Source: Rozella allomycis CSF55
Taxonomy: Eukaryota
Assembly (NCBI GenBank): GCA_000442015.1
Contig: KE561079.1
Location: 45,194-65,193, forward strand
Direction of reading: 5' to 3'
DNA: 20,000 nt
Part shown: positions 9,962 through 17,557 of the stretch, piece by piece
How the letters are laid out: each line of letters begins with the position of its first letter
Numbering within the stretch: the stretch's first letter is position 1
The notes under the pieces: generated by a model
The model's database searches: none
What the model saw: the letters and a program-made list of their open reading frames with translations, nothing else
Told to the model about the DNA's origin: nothing
Program-made: the position numbers and the translations under genes

Positions 9962-12900
9962 ATGAGCCAAGAAGACAAATCAACCACAAAAGACGATTCA
10001 TTTTATTACGATTTCAATGAATTCAAATTGGCTCCAAAAACAACTGAAAAACCTTTAGGGACATTCAAAATTTCGTACGCCACTATGTTTCATTAGATTT
10101 AGCTATTCCTTTGGCTTTGAAAGTTCTAAGAGGCAAAATGCGTTATATTTAAACGAAAATACTGTCATTACAAGCTCAGGTAGCTCCTTGGTGTTTCTGG
10201 ATCCTAAAAATCTCTCTCAAGACCATGTTTCTCTAGACAATGATTCATCCATTAGTTGCATATGCACAGATTCTACTAAATCTTATTATGCCGTTGCTGA
10301 AAAAGGCGTAAATCCGCGTGTATTTATATTTGAATTCCCAAGCAAAAAATTATTCCGTGTTCTCAAAGGAGGTGCTGAAAGGCAGTTTAGTTGCATGAAT
10401 TTTCATCCAAATGGAAATTTATTAGCAACTGTTGCTGGATCACCTGACTTTATGTTGACAATTTGGGATTGGAAGCAAGAAAAGATTGTTTTAAGGTACA
10501 AGGCATTCTCACAAGAAGTTTACAATGTTGCCTTTTCACCGTTCACGGAAGGATTACTAACTACCTCTGGATCGGGGCATATCAAGTTTTGGAAAATGGC
10601 GCACACATTTACAGGCTTAAAATTGCAAGGGCAGTTAGGGAAATTTGGGTTATATGAATTGTCAGACATTTATTGTTTTGCTGAAATGCCTGACGGAAAG
10701 ATCATATCCGGGAATGAGGCTGGTAATTTGTTGATCTGGGAAGGCGGGTTTGTTAAATGTGAAGTGACAATGAAGAACAAAAAGCCAATGCATCAAGGTG
10801 CTATAAGAGTTTGCATCGTTCAAGAAAACGAGGTGATGACGGCTGGAGATGATGGAATGGTACGTACTTGGGATTTGGAAACAATTGATGGCGCAGAGAC
10901 GGTGGATGCTGGCGGTAATTTTGAGATGGAACCAAATGAAGAATTTACCATCTTTAAAGATGCCAAAGTAAATTTATTTAGTAGTTACAATAGATTGTTA
11001 CTATGACTCAAACTCCTGGTATTGTTGGCGAATACTTGGTTCAAGATGAGCAAGGATATTTATGGAAATTTCAAAGCAAAAAGAGAATAGTAGATAAAGT
11101 TTTCTCATTTCATTCTGGAGTGGTTAATGCAATTGATGCAGCCCCTATAAAGCATGAATGTGTTAGCATAGGAAAAGACGGAACATTAAGATTATATGAC
11201 TATATAGATCATATAATGCTACAAAGAATAAAGTTTTCTTCAAGCGGGACGTTTGCATGCTACGCAAACAAGGTAATATCATTGGTTTGTCCACATAGAA
11301 ATTTGATCCCTTTGGACAAACGATATTAGCTGGATTTGAAGATGGAATTATTAGAGTTGTTAAGGTGTTGGGAGAGGGCATAAAGACGAGTTCAATAATG
11401 AAGCCCCACACTACTGCCGTGAAGCAAATGGCATTAAATTCTGAAGGCACTTTTCTATGTTCACTTTCTTCTGACAATGAAATATTCTTTTTCCAAGTGC
11501 ATGAAACATTGAATCCAATTGGTTTTCTTAGTTTGAAGAGACAAGTGTATTCTGTTTCCTGGTCTGTTGATGTCCCCAATCATTTGTATGTCTTGTTAGA
11601 TAATGAAGTTCACATGTATACATTCCCTAGAATAGAGAATATTGATAATAAACTAAGTTTTGAATTCCAATTGATTCCCAAAAAGTATAATTTGGATTGG
11701 ATGGCAGCAAGACACAAAATAGAACCGCCAAAGGAAACTGAAGGAGAACAAGAAGAAAATAAGATGAAGAAGATTCCAGACCCTGTAACATTTACACCAG
11801 TTTCATTTTGTTGTTTGCCAAATGATAAATTGCTTGTTGCAATAAATTTATCAAATGGTTTATTTGAAGTTTTAGAATGTCAATGGAAGGTGGCAGGGAA
11901 CGGCAAGAGCATCCAATTGTGCCAGGGTGTTCTAACGATGATGAAAATATCAAATTCATTTAAATATTTGACATTTGGGATGGTTGATGGAACAGTTGCT
12001 TTTTGTGAATACGAAACTAACGCAACAATTTGGAGATCTCATTTGCATCAAGTAGAAAATGGAAGAGTTTTTTCAGTTGTTGGTAGTTTTGATGACAGCA
12101 TGTTATTCTCATGTGGAGAAGATGGCAATGTTTTTGTGTTGAGAAATACAGGGAATGCATTGAAGAATGAAATTGGTAAATTGAAATCAAATATAGAATA
12201 GTTCCTGATGCCAATTCAAGTGGGACATTCAAACATGTCAATGGCAATGTAGAAGAGATTTTCAATGAAATGAATCCAAATGGATTTTCATTGCAAGAAA
12301 CGAAATTAAGAGCAAAACTGGATGCTGAAAAAGAACAAGCAGAGTTAAAGAAACAAGTAAATTTGTTATTTAAAGATTAAAAGTATGTGAGAGACAATGT
12401 GAGAGAATTAAGAAATGCATTTTTATCTATTGTTCAAGAAAATGCAAAACTGCCTCCAGAATTGGCTCTGCAACCAGAAGAATTTGATGTTGACCCTGGT
12501 CTAGTTGAAAGAATTAGTAATTAAAATAAATATTGTGAAATAAGATTTGGAAATTGAAGAGAAAAAGAACAAATTGAAAGAAGAAATGAAAGAAGTGACA
12601 GAAAAAGCATTTGCAGGACCTAAAAAGTTGATTGAGAAATTTCTGGATCCAATTGAAACGGAATATTTTTCAGTTAAAGCGTTAAAGTCTGGAATTTCAG
12701 TTTCAACATTTCGATCATTGAAATCTTCATTTGATGAATCACAATTTACTTTGATTCAACAAAACAAAGAAAACGAAGAAAATTTGTTTTTTGATTTAAA
12801 GAAAGAATTTGGAATTGAAGAAGCCCCAGCGACTACGATTGTTCAAAAAGAAAAAGTTGATGTGAAGGCCAAAAGAGAAGCAAGAAAACAATTAAGAGCT

Positions 12901-15103
12901 GAAAGGGCTCAACTGTTTCAAGAATTATTAGCGTCCAAACCAGATGAAAATTATCAAGATCCCCATGATTTAGCTGCAATAAAGTACGCAATGGCTAACA
13001 TGGGTGATTATAAACTTAAAAGTAGTTCAAACTATATTGTGCCAGAGAATGAAAGAATAAACGCAGACAAAAAGAAGAAACAAATGACTCTTTTAAAGGA
13101 AAGCATTAGAACCTTAAAACAAGTAATATTCAGTTATGCCATTCAAAGGACTTTAATTCTCAGATTTTTAAATTAAAGTCGTTTAAGGGTTTGCTAATAG
13201 AAGAAATAAAGTCAAAGAATGAATTAATTAAAAAAATAAACAAGGAATTGTCTGAATTGGATGATAACGTAGATTTCCAAATTTGGGAACCTGAAAATGA
13301 CCAGGGTTTACAATTTGAAAAGCGATTTGAAATAACGCAAGAAGAACTTGAAAACTCTAGTAAAATATATTTTTATTTCTAATTTGAAAATAAACCAAAC
13401 TCGAATGATAATGAAAATATTTTGGGCACAAATTTACCGACGCAGATAATCCTACCTGAAGATAAACAAGAAAAGAAGAAACAAAATGTTAAAAAGAAGA
13501 ATGAAAATGCATTGATAATGGAAGAAAAAAAGAGAAAAATAGAAAACTTAATTGAAATAAGAACAAACTTGAAAAGAGAAATAGATTCAGCAGTTGATGA
13601 TTTTGATTCAACTTTGAATGATATAAGAAAGGATAGAGTTCTTTTAGAAGGGGATTTAATTGCTTGTGAAATGAAATATTTATTACTTTTCAAAGAATGG
13701 CAACTCTTGAAAGAATTTGAAGTCAATGATAATCTATTAGCTGATAAACTAAAACACAAAAGAAATGAAAAAACTGAAATATCTGGAAAGCTTAATGAAT
13801 GCCAAGAGAAATTAATTGTTAAAAAAGTTCAAGTTGAAAATATTGTGAAAAATGGGAAAAATATTTTCGATCAATTTCTTCAACTCATTGGAGAAAACAA
13901 TAAAAATGAAGAATTCCTCACAAAACTCTTTAAAAGGAAAATTAAACGATCAAAAAAGAATTCAATTTCTTCTACAAATGATGATAATGGTAAACATCCT
14001 TTTTTCAGTTTATTAGAATCTTCTGATGACGATGAATTAGATTTTGATGACGATTCATTCGATGAAGAAAATGATGAAGATGAATTCGACGAAAATTGTC
14101 CAAAGGATTGCGATTCCGAAATTTACAATCAAGTTTTAACTTTAAGAGAAAAACGTTTAGATCAAGAAGATTTACTAAATGAAATTCAAAAATCAGTCGA
14201 AGTAAATAAATTATTTTATTTTTTATTTGTCAATGAAAAAAGATCATGAATCCTTGTTGAAAAAGGAAAAGATCATTGATTCTTCATTAAGCCAAATAGA
14301 AAAGGAAATTCAAGAATTTCAATTCCAAAAACAACAAAAATTAAATGAATTAGACATCATTGTCCCTCTTCGCTTAAATCAATTAGAAATATCAGATGAT
14401 TCAATATCTCAAGCCCTGGTATTTACAAAACAAGGAATCGCCAAACTAAAGCAAAGAAATATTGATTTGAATCAAGTAAAAGACTCATGCATCTTCAATC
14501 AAAGGAAAAATCTGAAATCAAAAGAAATCATCGCGACTTGAAGAAAATGCACGTGAGTCTTATAAAATCCAAAAAGGAAAAGCAATCCAAAGTATTTCAC
14601 ATTAATTAAAATAATAAAGTTGCTTGAATTAGAAGCAAAAGCTCATGATGTTCAAATGCTAAAATTTGGCAGAATAATCGATTTGGACAAATTAGAACGA
14701 ATGAGCACTAACAAAGCCCTGGATGAAGCAAAAGAAAAAAATCAACAAGAAGAATTAAAAAGAAAAAAAGAATTGGAAGATCTTGAAGTAATGTTTACCA
14801 AACATCTCCAAAGGATCAAATATATCAACTTCGAGAAGATCTGATTAATGTTACAAGAGAAAACACTAGCAAAATGGAAACATTTATTAATTTAACAACT
14901 TCAAAAAGAGACCTTGAGACAGCCTTGAACCAGAAACAAAAAATCATGGTAAGAAATTCTTCATTTTAAAACAGACATCCAAATATAAAGGTTTGGAAAA
15001 TATGGATAATAAAGACATAAATCATCTCAAAGAAATCGCTCGCAAGCAATCATCAGAAATTAAAATGCTAAAACAATTGATTCATGATTACGTCAAAAAA
15101 TAA
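9962..15103 (+). CDS. CFAP44: Cilia- and flagella-associated protein 44 (WDR52): N-terminal WD40 repeats and C-terminal coiled coil
   Basis: Motifs YSFGFESSKRQN, LATVAGSPDFMLTIWDWKQEKIVLRYKAFSQEVYNVAFSP, GHIKFWKMAHTFTGLKLQGQLGKFG, MGDYKLKSSSNYIVPE, LREKRLDQE, KQQKLNELDIIVPLRLNQL and VQMLKFGRIIDLD. Fourteen reconstructed introns: 10075-10102, 10968-10993, 11273-11298, 12176-12201, 12357-12383, 12517-12544, 13123-13148, 13360-13386, 13990-14016, 14202-14229, 14476-14504, 14592-14619, 14788-14813, 14949-14974. Confidence 0.93.
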
Positions 15104-15697
15104 TAAACAATTTTTACTCTCTACGATGATACACTTCATTTTGTTTTTTATAAATAAAAGTGTTAAAGTTTAAATCAAATATGTTGAGAATTTGGGTGCA
15201 GGGAGTTCTTCACACCTAAGGTTGTCAATGGCGCGGCTAAACGTCTGGCTTGGCAACTGGCAAGTAAGTAAGAATGTTAGTTAATTTATTTACCAGTAGT
15301 TTACGGTCCTATATGGGGTTCCCAGTCTCCAGATGGTAAGTCACCGAGATGCGGTTGCGGAAAAGGACTGCCAGCCATTTTACAACCATCCAGAACTGAG
15401 AGCAGCAAAGAAACAAAAAGCCGGCAAGGAAACCGCCAATCTTTCCAGGGTCGATGAAGAGATACCGATGGATTTGATTTGGACAGCGTCATTGCCCAAC
15501 CGAAGAGGTGGAAGTTGATGTATCCAAAAAGATTGGGAATTCACCAAGTGCAATAAAGTCTTCTGATTATTTGGATTGTTCATTAATGTCGTTACCTTGT
15601 ACGGACTTGGTTCTTCAGAGGTAGAGACAATCGCTCTACTTCTGCATTGCTCGATCACTTTGGTTTATTTGGAATGAAGTCTGAGTCTAATGCAAGG

Positions 15698-15891
15698 TGT
15701 CGTACCAGGGATTCTCATCCCACATTTCACAGAGGGATTCTCATCCCATACATCTTAGAATAATTATCAAAGAGAGGAGTCACTATTTATAGAAAAGACC
15801 AACATATAAAACTCTAAGGAGATATCAATAAATAGAACGGAGGGTAATCCATTCTCAATCGACATCAGTTTTAACTCTTTTTATCTTACGA
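15698..15891 (+). mobile_element. LTR copy 1 (internally deleted, 3'-truncated)
   Basis: Starts TGTCGTACCAGGGATT like the copies at 16426 and 16709. Collinear with copy 3 up to TTATCTTACGA but lacks the 65-bp segment 16792-16856. Confidence 0.75.
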
Positions 15892-16019
15892 TTAAACCTA
15901 ACATACAACAAACAATCAAATCCTTAGATGATAATAAAACAAATTCAACCTACTTCGATTTTCTCACCTCACTGAAGCATATGCAGATCATTTGAAAGAC
16001 CACCTAAAACCTGTATCAA

Positions 16020-16230
16020 TCCATAAAAAGATTTTGTACACTTCCTAATGCATTCATAAGGATCCATACAGGCGACACCCCCAGCCTTCAAGACATAATA
16101 TCCCACCGTCTTAAACCAATAGTGACTGAACAAGTTGAAAAATGGACGAAAAATGGTTTGATTAAGCAACTGAATGGACATTCTGGATTGGAATAGTTCC
16201 TGGCTCGTTGTAGCTAATGTCGCGGACGAT
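16020..16230 (+). pseudogene. Degenerate Ty3/gypsy pol fragment (N-terminal part of reverse transcriptase)
   Basis: Stitched translation FCTLPNAFIRIHTGDTP / PAFKT*YP / HRLKPIVTEQVEKWTKNGLIKQLNGHS / DWNSSWLVVA matches the gypsy RT start (..I.TGD..P....Y....L...V..QV..W...G.I.....WNSP.LVV), with frameshifts and a stop. Confidence 0.65.
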
Positions 16231-16425
16231 CTTGAATTAATATCGGTACAATTTGTGTTCGAGACTTNATTTTTGGCCTGAAGGAAGCATAAATCATATC
16301 TCCGAACCTCTCTAAAATATATCACGTTATAAATAAATTATTTTAAAGAATAAAGTTACGGTTACCGAGCGATTTCCGATAATATACTATTTCTTTTTCC
16401 TTAAATTTTCTATGAAGGATACTAT

Positions 16426-16520
16426 TGTCGTACCAGGGATTCTCATCCCATATTTCACAGAGGGATTCTCATCCCATACATCTTAGAATAATTATCAAAG
16501 AGAGGAGTCATAATTCTCAA
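16426..16520 (+). mobile_element. LTR copy 2 (5' part only, cut by the N at 16521)
   Basis: Near-identical to the first ~85 bp of copy 1, then continues like copy 3 (GTCATAATTCTCAA) until the N. Confidence 0.75.
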
Positions 16521-16696
16521 NTCATCAACATACACATACTAATCAAGTAAATCATCCCTTATGATGCTTGGATATACATTATTATCATATATATGTACAA
16601 AGAATGGTACTTTACCTGCGGGATAATCTTCATTTTCAGGAATGGAACTATCGAAAGAGATAGGAAATTTCAATATCTTAAACGCCTCCAGATACT

Positions 16697-16708
16697 GGAA
16701 GGGGGTAA
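16697..16708 (+). other. Polypurine tract (plus-strand primer) of an LTR retrotransposon
   Basis: GGAAGGGGG-TAA lies immediately 5' of the TG start of LTR copy 3. Confidence 0.7.
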
Positions 16709-17014
16709 TGTCGTACCAGGGATTTTCATCGCATCTCATAGAGGGATTTTCATCCCACCTTCCTTAGAATAATTATCAAAGAGAAAAGTCATAACTCTCA
16801 AAGGATCTCTTAATCCTGACGGATCTCTATTCTGATACTAATTATAGAAAGGGATACTATTTATAGAAAAGACCCACATATAAAACTCTAAGGAGATATC
16901 AATAAATAGAACGGAGGATAATCCATTCTCAATCGACATCTGTTTTTACTTTTTATCTTACGAATTATTATCCAATTTACGAGGATTAAGGTTCTATGAG
17001 CGCATGGAGCGACA
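16709..17014 (+). mobile_element. Full-length 306-bp 3' LTR (copy 3)
   Basis: TG...CA ends with an imperfect 10-bp terminal inverted repeat (TGTCGTACCA vs revcomp of TGGAGCGACA = TGTCGCTCCA, 8/10). Preceded by a PPT. Contains TATAAAA (16879-16885) and AATAAA (16901-16906). Confidence 0.78.
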
Positions 17015-17509
17015 AAAGGGAAACTGGATCAACATAAAAGTAGATGCAGATATGCCTCATATACATGCGTTGATTGCCTTGTTCATTTTAAAGGAACTGA
17101 ATATAGATCCCATACAACTTGTATGACCGAGGCTGAAAAATATCAAGGAAAAGACTATAAAGGGCCCAAAACCAATAATAATGACACTAATAAAATAAAA
17201 CCCGAAACGGTTGTAAAGTCTGATGTAAGTAAAGAGGAAAATATTGCTGAAAATGATGAAAATAAAATAGATCTCAAATCTATGACAAAAAATATATTTG
17301 AAAACTCGAAGGTATCACTATTTTTATCTCAAAATGTAGTCTATGACTTTAAGCACTTTTCAAAAGAAGTTGGTAAGCAAATTAACAGCTGGTCGAATGG
17401 AAAAGAAAAAGGCCAAATCATTCATAAAGAAACATGTAAAAATAATCAAAGTTAATAATAGATTTTAATCAAGTTTGAGGAAGAGCACATAGGATTACAT
17501 TTTAAATAA
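17015..17509 (+). CDS. LYAR-type C2HC zinc-finger protein (YCR087C-A/UPF0743-like), 5'-truncated at the LTR boundary; possible pseudogene
   Basis: Upstream of the tracked ATG 17123 the same frame reads KGKLDQHKSRCRYASYTCVDCLVHFKGTEYRSHTTCMTEAEKYQGKDYK, which is the zf-LYAR signature. Introns 17312-17339 and 17436-17461; stop 17507-17509. The initial M..F.CxxC is absent. Confidence 0.85.
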
Positions 17510-17557
17510 CAATAAACCGCACATTTTCTGTAACTAAGGATATTGCATTCCTTTGGC

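Noticed and set aside
13380-13382. In-frame TAA in CFAP44 as stop-codon reassignment or readthrough
   Set aside because: TAA terminates most genes in the window, and this codon lies within an intron-like AT-rich 27-mer starting GTAAA.
446-13759. Short shadow ORFs (e.g. 446-727, 1932-2129, 4560-4913, 7717-7932, 9588-9806, 11163-11579, 13379-13759)
   Set aside because: Antisense or alternate-frame to well-supported genes, with no independent motifs.
15255-15275. Minus-strand TACTTACTTGCCAG resembling the U1 snRNA 5' end
   Set aside because: It is simply the reverse complement of a GTAAGTA donor-like site; no U1 stem-loops or Sm site are recognisable.
15698-15910. Copy 1 as a complete solo LTR ending at TACAACA 15910
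   Set aside because: No target-site duplication (CAAGG vs AACAA). Similarity to copy 3 stops at 15891, and copy 3 has a better terminal inverted repeat at 17005-17014.
15969-16325. 118-aa minus-strand ORF
   Set aside because: It spans an N join and is antisense to the RT remnant; no recognisable motif.
16539-16739. 66-aa minus-strand ORF starting inside LTR copy 3
   Set aside because: Short, crosses the LTR/PPT boundary, has no recognisable domain and lies next to an N. It cannot be supported as a gene.
15698-16780. Palindromic GGGATTCTCATCCC repeats as a CRISPR-like array
   Set aside because: Spacers are about 12 bp or less and nearly identical between copies, the units lie inside longer LTR copies, the context is eukaryotic, and there are no cas genes.
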